Source: an uncultured Spirochaetota bacterium (GTDB lineage Bacteria; Spirochaetota; Spirochaetia; SZUA-6; Fen-1364). From it: a stretch of 64,000 nt of DNA. The stretch's first letter is position 1. Each line of letters begins with the position of its first letter. This document shows, piece after piece, positions 10,728-20,936 of this stretch. The notes below the pieces were generated by a model. It saw nothing but the letters and a program-made list of their open reading frames with translations. It searched no databases and had not been told where the DNA came from. The stretch covers positions 320,001 to 384,000 of the forward strand of contig CAVTHO010000005.1 of NCBI GenBank assembly GCA_963734545.1. Reading direction: 5' to 3'. Both the position numbers and the translations under genes were made by a program.

Positions 10728-10965
10728 GTCGGTAGTTAACCCGGCCCCCCCTGCCGTGTCAAGGAGAGCGGCGGGCTCTGGTGACCAAAAGCAGGGCAGC
10801 GGAGGGAGCCGGACCATCTCCTGAGCCAATTTGCTTGACGAATGCCGCACGGAGTCCGTACATTTGAGTTTGGAGATTTGCGCTTCCGAACAGTGAAAAT
10901 GTCGAATCGAGACCTCCCGAGCCGCGCCGGAGATACTCTTTCACGTCCGAATTTGAAAATTGCGT

Positions 10966-10993
10966 TTGACGGCACGCGAGGGCATGTTACAAT
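10966..10993 (+). promoter_or_regulatory. sigma70-type promoter of glycoside hydrolase gene
   Basis: TTGACG-N16-TACAAT with TG extension. Confidence 0.6.
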
Positions 10994-11019
10994 ACGGTGC
11001 AAAATAGCGAGGAACGTGA

Positions 11020-12441
11020 GTGGTTAAGAAGGACTTTCCAAAAATACATTTTTACGATCAGGATCTTGTATCCCTCTACGATGAAACATGGAACCTCATC
11101 AAGGACTTTTGGAAAAAGGGAACATCGGCCAACGGATTCCACAGCAGGTTCTTCAGCCACCCTGACAGCACGCGCATCAATCAGTTCGACGCGTGTTTTT
11201 CCTCGTTTTTCCTCGTCTATTCGAACCGCATCTATCCCGTGATGTCCGCGCTCGACAATTTCTACTCCAAGCAGGAGGAATCAGGGGCAATCCGCGGCGA
11301 GTACCGCGCCTCGGACGGCAAACCCATTCATCCCCGGGAGAATCCCAAGGGTGTTCTCCCCCCGCTCTTTGCATGGGCGGAGTTCAACATCTACCACAAG
11401 CTCGGCGTCAAAAAGCGTATCCGTGAAGTCCTGCCGGTGCTGGAGAAGTACTTCCGGTGGATCGAGACGACCTTCAAGGCTGAAAACGGGCTCTACTCGG
11501 TGCCGCTTGCGGCAACCATGATGGAAAACTCGCCTCGTGAAGACATGCGGTACCCCATCGACTTCAATTCGCAGATGGCGCTCGCCGCGTTCTACATGTC
11601 GGAGCTGGCCGACATCATCAACGACAAGGAAACCAACTACGCCTACAAGAAGGCGTACTTCTCCCTGAAAACCAAGATCAATTCCCTCATGTGGGACGAA
11701 AGAGACGCGTTCTACTACGACCTGGACGCGTCGGAGAAGCGCCTCAAGGTGAAGACCATCGCCTCGTTCTGGCCCCTCATCGCTGAGATCCCCAACGAAG
11801 CCAGGGGGGAATGGTTGATCGAGCACCTGGTGGACCCGCATGAGTTCGGCATTGAGAACCCCTTCCCCACGCTGGCAGTCAAGGACAAGCGCTTCGATGC
11901 CCAGGGCTCCGGCTATCGAGGCTCGGTGTACCCCCCGTTCAATTACATGGTGATCAAGGGATTGGAAAAGTACAAGCGCCACGACCTCGCCCGCGAGTTC
12001 GCCATCCGGCATCTCTATCACGTGCTGGACGGGTTGTATACGAGCAACGGCAAGAAGGGCTCCCTGTACGAGGCGTATGCGCCTCACACGGAAGGCCCGG
12101 CAAAATGGCCGGGCAAGAAAGGCTTTCCGCGGACAATGTTCGTGCCGTATACGGCGCTCACCACCGTCTCGCTGATGCTGGAAAACATCATTGGCTTGAA
12201 CATCTCCCTGCCTCGAAAAACGGTCGATTGGACCATACCGACCCTTGAGGCCATGGGCATCGGGGACCTCGCCCTGAAGCGAAACCTTATCTCTATCCTC
12301 AGTGCAAAGAGCAGTCGGGGCTGGGAGGTCCACCTGGAAAGCGAAAAACTCTACTACCTGACCATCGACCTGTTCGGCGCACGGAGCAAGACCCTGCCCA
12401 TCCCCTCGGGAAAATGCTCCATCCTGGTGGACAAGCTGTAG
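11020..12441 (+). CDS. GH63/MGH1-like (trehalase-like) glycoside hydrolase
   Basis: NQFDACF, PPLFAWAE, MENSPR, MWDERDAFYYD, YRGSVYPPFNYMVIKGL, LYEAY. Confidence 0.75.
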   Translation: MVKKDFPKIHFYDQDLVSLYDETWNLIKDFWKKGTSANGFHSRFFSHPDSTRINQFDACFSSFFLVYSNRIYPVMSALDNFYSKQEESGAIRGEYRASDGKPIHPRENPKGVLPPLFAWAEFNIYHKLGVKKRIREVLPVLEKYFRWIETTFKAENGLYSVPLAATMMENSPREDMRYPIDFNSQMALAAFYMSELADIINDKETNYAYKKAYFSLKTKINSLMWDERDAFYYDLDASEKRLKVKTIASFWPLIAEIPNEARGEWLIEHLVDPHEFGIENPFPTLAVKDKRFDAQGSGYRGSVYPPFNYMVIKGLEKYKRHDLAREFAIRHLYHVLDGLYTSNGKKGSLYEAYAPHTEGPAKWPGKKGFPRTMFVPYTALTTVSLMLENIIGLNISLPRKTVDWTIPTLEAMGIGDLALKRNLISILSAKSSRGWEVHLESEKLYYLTIDLFGARSKTLPIPSGKCSILVDKL

Positions 12442-12622
12442 CCCTTCTGCGGTACTCCGCAGAGTTGGATGGCGAGGTCGGCCGAGGCCAGGGATGGCCG
12501 AAAGGCCGACTGTAGCCCTTCCGCGGTACCCCGCGGAGTTGGATGCGTGGCGCGCCAAAGGCGCGCGGAGGGCGGCAGGCGGCTGCGTAGCAGACGCCGA
12601 GAGCCGCGAAGGCGGCCGAGGT
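12438..12622 (+). repeat. GTAG REP/BIME-like composite, copy 1
   Basis: Two GTAGCCCTTCYGCGGTACYCCGCRGAGTTGGATG palindromes (12438, 12512); linkers shared with 48834-49084. Confidence 0.75.
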
Positions 12623-12623
12623 C

Positions 12624-13212
12624 CTAATACACGCTTCTACCCTTGAAGGAGCGGGCAAGCGTCTGCTTGTCGGCAAACTCCAGGTCCCCTCCCACAGGCA
12701 GACCGAACGCGATGCGCGACACTTTCACCTCCGCGTCCTTCAGAGCCTTGAGCAGATACAACGCCGTGGTCTCTCCCTCCACGGTCGGGTTTGTGGCGAG
12801 AATCACCTCGCGCACACCCCCCCTGTGGACCCGTTCCAGGAGAGAAGAGATGCGCAGGTTCTCCGGACCTATCCCGTCGATGGGAGAGATGGCACCCATG
12901 AGAACGTGGTACAGCCCCCGATGCTCATGGATGGATTCGATGGTCAGGACGTCCCGCGGCTCCTCCACGACGCAAATGCAGGAGGGATCGCGCTGGGGAT
13001 CGGTGCACATGCTGCACGGGTCAATATCCGTGTACGTTCCGCACACGCTGCAATTGCGGATTGTCCGGCGAAGCTGCGCAAGATCCTCTCGCCAGGGTGC
13101 GCGCGAGGGTCTCGTCGGCGCGCAGGAGAAAGTAGGCGATCCGGGATGCGCTCTTCTTGCCGAGACCCGGCAGCCGTGCGAGGTTGCCTATCAACCTCTC
13201 CAGTACATTCAT
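12624..13212 (-). CDS. recR: Recombination mediator RecR (frameshift near 13088)
   Basis: LARLPGLGKKSASRIAY, C4 zinc finger, YHVLMGAISPIDGIGP, EVILATNPTVEGETTA. Confidence 0.92.
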
Positions 13213-13214
13213 GC

Positions 13215-13538
13215 CTAGAATCCGAGGAATCCAGGTGGAAGGCCGAGCATTCCCGTTGCCTGGGACACCTCGTCGCGTATCTTTTCCTTCAGCCGGTCCA
13301 TTGCATCGGTGACCGCTGCCAGCACAAGGTCCTGCAGCATCGGAATGTCGCGCGGGTCCACCGCCTCCGGCGCAATTGTGATCTTCTCCACCTGCATCTG
13401 GCCGTTCATGTCCACGGTCACCATGCCGCCGCCGGCGGAGCCGGTGACATGGACGCTCTTCAGCTTCTCCTGGATCTCGCCCACCCGGGACTGCAGCCCC
13501 TGGAGCTGTTTGAACATGTCAAACGGACTGGTCGCCAT
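13215..13538 (-). CDS. ybaB: YbaB/EbfC nucleoid-associated protein
   Basis: GSAGGGMVTVDMNG, MLQDLVLAAVTDA; between dnaX and recR. Confidence 0.9.
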   Translation of the reverse strand: MATSPFDMFKQLQGLQSRVGEIQEKLKSVHVTGSAGGGMVTVDMNGQMQVEKITIAPEAVDPRDIPMLQDLVLAAVTDAMDRLKEKIRDEVSQATGMLGLPPGFLGF

Positions 13539-15069
13539 GGCCTTCACCTTTCACAACCTCGCCGCGGAACACCTTGCGGAGCAGCTCCACCCTCTGATCC
13601 ACCTCGACCGGTTCTGTCTTGATCTCATGGAAGGCAAGCCTGATCCGGGCCGGCCGGGAGAGAAGGGCTGCAAACCGGGCGGCGAGCATGTCCTTGTCTT
13701 TCAGAACTACTTCCCCCTGGAATCTTTCCTTGGCGGAGAAGCTCAGCACAAGCTCCTCCCCCTCGAGCGCGGCGTCACTCACCTTGTCGAGGGCCGACGC
13801 GAGGGCGGGTTTTTCCCTGCGCAGCGTCTCGACGATCTTTTTCAACGCCTGCCCGGGATCAACCGCGGTCTCCTCGCTGCCCGTCCGGGCCTGAACGCTC
13901 GGCGCCGCGGTCTTGCCCCCGGAAACCGCGAGGAGCTCTCCCCGCATTTCGCGCAGCGCGGCCCGTACCTCGTCAGGGCCGATCATCCGGTCAAGCTGCG
14001 CGAGCCGAGAGAGCAGCAGCTCGAGCTCGAAACGCTGGTTCAGGGAGAATCGTATGTTCCTGTACAGGGCAAGCAGGAGCTCGATGGTCTTCTCGATCTG
14101 CTCCGCGCTCAGGGACTCCCGCACTTCCCCATCGAAATCCTCCGCCGCGTAGCCCAGCAGGGTGTCCCTCGTGATCCCGCTTTTCAGGAACAGGAGATTG
14201 CGGAAGTATTCGGCCAGATTGGCGACGAACTGCTCGATGGAGACTCCGCTCGCCAGGATGGAGTCCATGCGCTCCAGCACCTTGCCCGCACCCCCCGTCC
14301 GCAGGAGCCGGGCAAACTCATTCAGCTCGTCGATGCCCAGGACCCCCAGCTTTTCACGGATCCGCTCGAAGGTGATCGCGCCCTCCGAGAAGGACACGAC
14401 CTGGTCCAGGAGCGTATAAGCGTCGCGCAGCGAGCCGGTGGCTTCCTTGGCAATCCATATCAGCGCGCGCTCCTCCGCATCAACGCCCAGCTCCTTCGAA
14501 GCCTCGCGCAGCTTCTCCTTGATTTCGCCCGTGGAGATCAGCCTGAAGTTGTACTGCTGGCAGCGGGAGCGGATCGTGGCCGGTACCTTGTGCACCTCGG
14601 TCGTGGCAAAGATGAACACGATGTACGGAGGCGGCTCCTCGATCGTCTTCAGCAGCGCGTTGAATGCGCTGTTGGAAAGCATGTGGACTTCATCGATGAT
14701 GTACACCTTGAAACGGCCCGCATTGGGGGCGAAGAGCACTTCGTCACGGATCTCCCGGACGTCGTTCACACTCGTATTGGAAGCGCCGTCTATCTCGATG
14801 ACGTCCAGCGAGGATCCGCGCGCGATTTCACGGCAGCTCGCGCAGACGCCGCAGGGAACGTCGGTCGGCCCCTTTTCGCAATTGAGCGCGCGGGCCAGGA
14901 TGCGGGCCACCGAGGTCTTGCCCACGCCGCGCGGGCCCGCGAACAGGTACGCGTGCGCGATGCGTCCCTGCCGGAGCGAGCTGGAGAGAGTTGCAGCGAC
15001 AAACTCCTGGCCGACCAGCTCCGCGAAGCTTTGAGGACGTTTTCTCGTGGCAGTTACTTCGTATGACAT
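13519..15069 (-). CDS. dnaX: DNA polymerase III subunit gamma/tau
   Basis: RPQSFAELVGQE, GPRGVGKTS, EIDGASN, IIDEVHML, NALLKTIEEPP, SRCQ. Confidence 0.95.
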   Translation of the reverse strand: MSYEVTATRKRPQSFAELVGQEFVAATLSSSLRQGRIAHAYLFAGPRGVGKTSVARILARALNCEKGPTDVPCGVCASCREIARGSSLDVIEIDGASNTSVNDVREIRDEVLFAPNAGRFKVYIIDEVHMLSNSAFNALLKTIEEPPPYIVFIFATTEVHKVPATIRSRCQQYNFRLISTGEIKEKLREASKELGVDAEERALIWIAKEATGSLRDAYTLLDQVVSFSEGAITFERIREKLGVLGIDELNEFARLLRTGGAGKVLERMDSILASGVSIEQFVANLAEYFRNLLFLKSGITRDTLLGYAAEDFDGEVRESLSAEQIEKTIELLLALYRNIRFSLNQRFELELLLSRLAQLDRMIGPDEVRAALREMRGELLAVSGGKTAAPSVQARTGSEETAVDPGQALKKIVETLRREKPALASALDKVSDAALEGEELVLSFSAKERFQGEVVLKDKDMLAARFAALLSRPARIRLAFHEIKTEPVEVDQRVELLRKVFRGEVVKGEGHGDQSV

Positions 15070-15140
15070 ACGCGGCAGCCTCCGGGCCGCAGGGAGGACG
15101 GGGACCGGGGCCGGCGCGACGCCGCCCGGTTCCCGAATAA

Positions 15141-15272
15141 GCAACCCCCTCGGCTCCGTTCAAGCCGATTACGGCTCATGAACACGCTGCTTACCGCTGC
15201 TCCCTTCCGGGTCTGACGGGGTTGGGCAGCAGCTCATAGCGTATGACCTGAACATCAACGCCAAAGGGGTTG
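15141..15272 (-). ncRNA. ffs: Signal recognition particle RNA
   Basis: Helix-8 motif CCCCGTCAGACCCGGAAGGGAGCAGCGG; terminal helix CAACCCCTT...GAGGGGGTTG; upstream of dnaX; ends approximate. Confidence 0.88.
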
Positions 15273-15274
15273 TA

Positions 15275-15361
15275 CGGAGAGAGTGGGATTCGAACCCACG
15301 GTACCCTTACGAGTACACACGCCTTCCAAGCGTGCACCTTCGGCCACTCGGTCATCTCTCC
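15275..15361 (-). tRNA. tRNA-Ser(GGA)
   Basis: Cloverleaf, long variable arm, anticodon loop TTGGAAG, GGTTCGAATCC. Confidence 0.95.
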
Positions 15362-15415
15362 CTGCGCACCCGCCATCAACCCCGGCCCACTGCAGAATCA
15401 GTATGAAAGAACTCG

Positions 15416-15502
15416 CGGAGAGAGTGGGATTCGAACCCACGGAGCCGCAAGCGGCTCAACGGTTTTCGAGACCGCCCGATTCGACCGCTCTCGCATCTCT
15501 CC
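15416..15502 (-). tRNA. tRNA-Ser(CGA)
   Basis: Anticodon loop CTCGAAA, long variable arm. Confidence 0.95.
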
Positions 15503-15592
15503 CAGAAGTCGACCAGGAAAATGCCGCCGCCCCGGGTCGCCGGAAGCGACCAAGGAGCAACAAGGAGCGGCCGCACATCACCGGGTCTTTTT

Positions 15593-15666
15593 CGTGCCCA
15601 AGAGGATTCGAACCTCCGGCCTTTGGATCCGCAATCCAATGCTCTATCCAGCTGAGCTATGGGCAC
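15593..15666 (-). tRNA. tRNA-Arg(GCG)
   Basis: GTGCCCATAGCTCAGCTGGATAGAGC; anticodon arm TTGGA-TTGCGGA-TCCAA. Confidence 0.93.
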
Positions 15667-15719
15667 ACGAGCCGTCGCGCTTTCTCGCGATTTCCCCTGC
15701 CGCTTCCCGCAGCACCCTT

Positions 15720-15959
<240 letters not shown>

Positions 15960-16054
15960 ATTTCCAGCATCCGCTTCACGCACTTTCTCGCCTTGAAAGT
16001 ATCTTCCTCACCTTTCCGCTTGCGAGTGTGACCATGGGGCGCGGGAAACGTGAC

Positions 16055-16142
16055 CGGAGAGGGAGGGATTCGAACCCCCGGAACCGCGAAGCGGCTCAAC
16101 GGTTTTCAAGACCGCCTCCTTCGACCACTCGGACACCTCTCC
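16055..16142 (-). tRNA. tRNA-Ser(TGA)
   Basis: Anticodon loop CTTGAAA, long variable arm. Confidence 0.95.
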
Positions 16143-16223
16143 CGAGCATAAGGAAATGCGCCGGCCGAAATCGTGCAGGCTCGCACGCGACCGCGCAGAA
16201 CTCACGCTCTTCCGGCATTCTTC

Positions 16224-16252
16224 ACTATACTGACTGGCCTGTGCTTTGTCAA
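16224..16252 (-). promoter_or_regulatory. sigma70 promoter of tRNA/SRP cluster
   Basis: TTGACA-N17-TATAGT on minus strand. Confidence 0.75.
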
Positions 16253-16285
16253 CAAAACGGGGCCGTTGGCCGCGGCGCCGGGCGG

Positions 16286-17149
16286 TCAGGCGAGCGTTTC
16301 CAGCAGCCTTTCCAGATCTTCCGCAGAGAAATAGGATATCTCGATCCGGCCTTTTGCCGTGGTACCGCGGACTTCCACCTTGGTGCCGAGCTTCTCGATG
16401 AGCTTCTGTTCGATTTCGTGCAGCTCCGGTACCTTGCGCGCGGCCGCGGACGTTCCCGCGCGTCCGGTTTTCACCGCTCCTCTCTTGCCTTTGTTCAGTG
16501 AGGCAGCCATGTCCTCCGCCTCCCGCACGGAGATCCCCGACTCCACGACGCGCCGCAGGAGGATCTGCTGGTCAGAGGGATTCACCAGCATCAGGAGGGC
16601 CCGTGCATGACCGGCGGTGATGCTCCCGCGCGTGAGGGCATCCTGCGCTTCGGCGGGCAGCTTGAGGAGGCGCAGCGTGTTCGTGACCGTCGATCGATCC
16701 TTGCCGACCTTCTGCGCAATCTGTTCCTGACTCAGATTGGCCATTTCCATCAGCCGCCGAAAGGCAAGAGCCTGCTCGATCGGAGTCAGGTCTTCCCGCT
16801 GCACGTTCTCGATGAGCGCGATCTCGAGCTTTTCCTGTGCGCTGAACTGCCGCACGATCACGGGGATTTTTTCCAGCCCGGCGAGCTTCGCGGCCCGCAC
16901 GCGCCTTTCCCCGGCGATGATGAGGTACCCGCCTTCCTCGTCCGCCTCGGCAAGGATGGGCTGCAGCACGCCCTTTTCCAGGATCGAGTCGGCGAGCTCG
17001 CGCAGCGATGCGTCGTCGAACTCCTGACGCGGCTGCTGGGGATTGGGCTTGAGCAGGGAAAGATGCACCTCGGCCACCGAGGAAAGATCCGTCTTCCCTT
17101 CATCGCCCAACAAGGCATCGATGCCCTTGCCCAGGGCTTTCTTAGACAT
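16286..17149 (-). CDS. parB: ParB/Spo0J partition protein
   Basis: KALGKGIDALL, PNPQQPR, GVLQPI, IIAGERRVRAA, ENVQREDL, GKDRSTVTNTLRLL. Confidence 0.95.
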   Translation of the reverse strand: MSKKALGKGIDALLGDEGKTDLSSVAEVHLSLLKPNPQQPRQEFDDASLRELADSILEKGVLQPILAEADEEGGYLIIAGERRVRAAKLAGLEKIPVIVRQFSAQEKLEIALIENVQREDLTPIEQALAFRRLMEMANLSQEQIAQKVGKDRSTVTNTLRLLKLPAEAQDALTRGSITAGHARALLMLVNPSDQQILLRRVVESGISVREAEDMAASLNKGKRGAVKTGRAGTSAAARKVPELHEIEQKLIEKLGTKVEVRGTTAKGRIEISYFSAEDLERLLETLA

Positions 17150-17897
17150 TGAGAAGGACCTCCTCCGCCAGCTTCTGGTAGCTGCGGGCACCGATGCATT
17201 CGGGATCATACTGATTGATCGGTTTGGCGAAAGACGGGGCTTCGCTGAGACGCACATTGCGGGGGATGATCGTGCGGAACACTTTTTCCTTGAAGTAGCC
17301 GGTGACTTCCTGGACGATATCGTGCGCAAGACGTGTCCGCACATCGTACATCGTGAAAAGGATGCCGCCTATCTTCAACTCAGTATTCAGTGCCTTCTGC
17401 ACGCGGTTCACGGTCTTGAGGAGAAGGCTGAGACCCTCGAGGGCGAAGTACTCGCACTGCAGGGGAATGATGACGAAATCCGCCGCGACAAGGCCGTTGA
17501 GGGTGAGCAGACCGAGAGAAGGCGGGCAATCGATGAAGATATAGTCGAACCTCTCCGTCAGGGGGGCAAGGGAGCGCTTGAGGAAATACTCCCTGTCCTT
17601 TTCGTTTACCAGCTCCACCGTGGCGCCCGTGAGATCTATGCTCGAGGGGATGATCGAGAGATTGGCAACCGAGCATTGCTGGATGGCGGCATCCGAGGGG
17701 ATCCTGCCCATGATGACCTCGTAGATTCCCTGCTGGTCCTTCTTCGCGCCCACCGCGCTGGTGGTATTGCTCTGAGGATCGAAATCCACCAGGAGCACCC
17801 GTTTGCCTGCTTCAGCGAGATAGGCTCCGAGGTTGACCGCCGTCGTCGTCTTGCCGACCCCTCCCTTCTGATTCGCGAATACGATGATCTTCCCCAT
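17142..17897 (-). CDS. parA: ParA/Soj ATPase
   Basis: ANQKGGVGKTTTAVNL, DFDPQSN, IDCPPSLG, IPRNVRLSEAPS. Confidence 0.95.
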   Translation of the reverse strand: MGKIIVFANQKGGVGKTTTAVNLGAYLAEAGKRVLLVDFDPQSNTTSAVGAKKDQQGIYEVIMGRIPSDAAIQQCSVANLSIIPSSIDLTGATVELVNEKDREYFLKRSLAPLTERFDYIFIDCPPSLGLLTLNGLVAADFVIIPLQCEYFALEGLSLLLKTVNRVQKALNTELKIGGILFTMYDVRTRLAHDIVQEVTGYFKEKVFRTIIPRNVRLSEAPSFAKPINQYDPECIGARSYQKLAEEVLLNV

Positions 17898-18084
17898 CCA
17901 AAGAGGAATACCGTATTTCCCCCCTGCTGACAATAGAAGGTGACCGACGTATACGAAACATTTGTGATGCCTTTTCATGCTGTCCGTCGAAATAATCCGG
18001 AAAGTGCTTGCGCGCACGGCGGACATACAGTATACCAATTGCCGTTCGACATCAGGGCAAAGGCATCCTTGGGAGGGGAATCTC

Positions 18085-20208
18085 GTGTTCGTATCCATCA
18101 AAAAGCGTAATGGTACTGTTGTCCTTTTCAACCCGGACAAGATCACACGGGCAATCACGAGGGCAGGCGAGGCAACAGCTGAATTCGATGAGGCCGTCGC
18201 CCAGAAGCTCATGCTCAGGGTTCTCAACCTCGCGCAACAGGCCCTTCCGGGAGAGGTTCCGTCAGTCGAGCAGATCCAGGACATCGTGGAAGAGGTCCTC
18301 ATCTCCTCCCAGTACAAGCGCACGGCCAAGGCCTACATCATCTATCGGGACCAGCATGCCCGGATCAGGGAGATCGTTTCCCGGGCGGACGTGGACCTCA
18401 TCGACAGGTATCTCGAGCGGTCCGACTGGCAGGTCAACGAAAACTCCAACATGGCCTACTCGCTCCAGGGTCTGAACAACTACGTGTCATCCGAGATCAG
18501 CAAGGTCTACTGGCTGAACAAGATCTACCCGCCCGAGATCCGTCTCGCTCACTCGGAAGGGGACTTCCATATTCACGATCTGGGGATCCTCTCCGTGTAC
18601 TGCGTGGGCTGGGATCTCGAAGATCTGCTCATGCAGGGATTCAAAGGGGCTGCGGGCAAGGTGGAGAGCAAGCCTGCCCGGCACCTGCGAAGCGCGCTCG
18701 GCCAGGTTGTGAACTTTTTCTATACCCTTCAGGGCGAGGCGGCCGGAGCCCAGGCATTCTCCCATTTCGACACGCTGCTCGCCCCTTTCGTCCGCTTCGA
18801 CGGCCTGGATTTCGACGAGGTGAAGCAGGCGCTTCAGGAGTTCGTCTTCAACATCAACGTCCCGACCCGCGTGGGGTTCCAGACGCCGTTCACCAACATC
18901 ACCATGGACCTCAGGGTGCCCGCCATGTTCCGCGACAGGCCGGTGATCGCCGGCGGGGAATACAGGGACGAAACCTACGGCGAGTTCCAGGCGGAGATGG
19001 CGGTCTTCAACCACGCCTTTCTCGAGGTGCTGGCGGAGGGTGATGCAAAGGGGCGGGTATTCACCTTCCCGATCCCCACGTACAACATCACGAAAGACTT
19101 CGATTGGGACGATCCCACCCTCGACGTGCTCTGGCGCGTCACCTCCCGCTACGGAATCCCCTATTTTTCGAATTTCGTGAACTCCGACATGTCCCCAGAG
19201 GACACCCGCTCGATGTGCTGCAGGCTGCGGCTGGACCTGCGCGGCCTGGAGGGTCACAGGGGACTGGAAAAGCGGGGAGGCGGTCTGTTCGGAGCCAACC
19301 CCCTCACTGGATCAATCGGCGTGGTGACGATCAACATGCCGCGGCTCGGCTATGTTTCGGCCGACGAAGGCGAGTTTCTCCAGAGGCTGGAAGAGTTGAT
19401 GGACCTGGCCCGGTCCGCGCTTGAGATCAAACGAAAGATGCTGGAGATGTTCATCGAGAAGAACCTCTATCCTTATACCAAGCACTATCTGCGAGGGGTG
19501 CGCGAGCGCTTCGGTCAGTATTGGAAAAACCACTTCTCGACGATCGGGCTTGTCGGCTTGAACGAGGCATGTGTGAACCTTCTGGGAACGAATGTCGGAA
19601 CCGAGACAGGGCAGCTCTTCGCGCTGCGCGTTCTGGATTTCATGCGCGAGAAGCTGATCGCATTCCAGGAGCAGACAGGAAACAACTACAACCTCGAGGC
19701 CACTCCTGCCGAGGGAACGGCGTATCGTCTTGCGAGGATCGACGCGGAAAAGTTCCCGGGTATCCAGTCCGGCAGCGCCCCGTGGGAACCGGGAACGGAG
19801 GGAGAGCCCGCGCGATTTCCTTTCTACACCAACTCATCTCAGCTCCCCGTGCAGTATTCAGACGACATTTTCGAGGTGCTCGACCTCCAGGACGAGCTGC
19901 AGACCAAGTACACCGGTGGTACCGTGGTGCACTTGTTCGTGGGAGAGGAGATCACGAATCCTCAGAACGTGAAGAAGCTCGTCAAGCTGATCTGCGAACG
20001 CTACCATCTTCCCTATTTCACCGTGACACCCACTTTCAGCATCTGCTCCACCCACGGGTACCTCTCGGGGAAACAGGAAACGTGCCCCCACTGCGGCGCC
20101 GCATCGGAGGTCTACTCGCGCGTGGTCGGCTACCTGCGCCCGGTGAATCAATGGAACGAGGGCAAAGTGGAAGAGTTCAAGGAACGGAAGACCTTCAAGC
20201 TGGCCTGA
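18085..20208 (+). CDS. nrdD: Anaerobic (class III) ribonucleoside-triphosphate reductase
   Basis: ATP cone, FHIHDL, SMCCRL, EATPAEG, C-terminal Zn site and YSRVVGYLRP glycyl-radical motif. Confidence 0.93.
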   Translation: MFVSIKKRNGTVVLFNPDKITRAITRAGEATAEFDEAVAQKLMLRVLNLAQQALPGEVPSVEQIQDIVEEVLISSQYKRTAKAYIIYRDQHARIREIVSRADVDLIDRYLERSDWQVNENSNMAYSLQGLNNYVSSEISKVYWLNKIYPPEIRLAHSEGDFHIHDLGILSVYCVGWDLEDLLMQGFKGAAGKVESKPARHLRSALGQVVNFFYTLQGEAAGAQAFSHFDTLLAPFVRFDGLDFDEVKQALQEFVFNINVPTRVGFQTPFTNITMDLRVPAMFRDRPVIAGGEYRDETYGEFQAEMAVFNHAFLEVLAEGDAKGRVFTFPIPTYNITKDFDWDDPTLDVLWRVTSRYGIPYFSNFVNSDMSPEDTRSMCCRLRLDLRGLEGHRGLEKRGGGLFGANPLTGSIGVVTINMPRLGYVSADEGEFLQRLEELMDLARSALEIKRKMLEMFIEKNLYPYTKHYLRGVRERFGQYWKNHFSTIGLVGLNEACVNLLGTNVGTETGQLFALRVLDFMREKLIAFQEQTGNNYNLEATPAEGTAYRLARIDAEKFPGIQSGSAPWEPGTEGEPARFPFYTNSSQLPVQYSDDIFEVLDLQDELQTKYTGGTVVHLFVGEEITNPQNVKKLVKLICERYHLPYFTVTPTFSICSTHGYLSGKQETCPHCGAASEVYSRVVGYLRPVNQWNEGKVEEFKERKTFKLA

Positions 20209-20230
20209 GCCTGCTCGCAGAGGCATTCAC

Positions 20231-20926
20231 GTGGTGATCGGCGGATTTCAGAAATTCTCCCTGGCTGATTTCCCGGGAAAGATCTCCGCAATCGTCTTCA
20301 CCCGGGGCTGCAATTTCAGGTGCCCGTATTGTCACAATCCCGAGCTCGTGGATCCAGCGCGCTACGCCGCAGAAATACCGCAGGAAGAAGTCCTGCGCTT
20401 TCTCGGCTCACGCACCCGCCAGCTTCAGGGGGTAGTTCTTACGGGTGGAGAGCCTACTCTGCACGATGACCTTCCGTCGTTCCTCGAGAAGATTCGACGG
20501 CTCGGATTCGCCGTCAAGCTCGACACCAACGGCAGCAATCCGGAGCTGCTGCAGCGAATCGTCCGGGATTCTCTTGTCGACTATGTGGCCATGGACATCA
20601 AGGCGCCCCTTGATGCCTATCCGCGTGTCGCGGGGGTCGCGGTAAACCTGGAAAACATTGAACGGAGCGTGCGCCTGGTGATCGGGTCAGGGCTCCCTCA
20701 CGAGTTCCGCACGACTTACGAGAGATCCCTGCTCTCGACCGAGGACATGGGGGCCATCGCCGAGCTGGTGCAGGGGTGCGCCCACTATGTCGTGCAGGGC
20801 TTCCGCCCGTCCAGGACTCTCGACCCGGCCATGCGCGCCCGTGCCAGGCCCGACCGCGCAAGCCTCCAGGAGATCCGCAAGCTCATGGAGACGAGCCGGG
20901 CTCTCTGTGCTCGTCAGGTAGGATGA
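20231..20926 (+). CDS. nrdG: Anaerobic RNR activating radical SAM protein
   Basis: GCNFRCPYCHNPEL, TGGEPT, KLDTNGS; follows nrdD. Confidence 0.92.
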   Translation: MVIGGFQKFSLADFPGKISAIVFTRGCNFRCPYCHNPELVDPARYAAEIPQEEVLRFLGSRTRQLQGVVLTGGEPTLHDDLPSFLEKIRRLGFAVKLDTNGSNPELLQRIVRDSLVDYVAMDIKAPLDAYPRVAGVAVNLENIERSVRLVIGSGLPHEFRTTYERSLLSTEDMGAIAELVQGCAHYVVQGFRPSRTLDPAMRARARPDRASLQEIRKLMETSRALCARQVG

Positions 20927-20936
20927 CGCAGCCCCT

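Noticed and set aside
13519-15069. dnaX programmed -1 frameshift (tau/gamma)
   Set aside because: No A AAA AAG or long A-run seen in the coding strand.
17930-18084. NrdR boxes or riboswitch upstream of nrdD
   Set aside because: No convincing tandem NrdR-box palindromes or recognisable riboswitch core.
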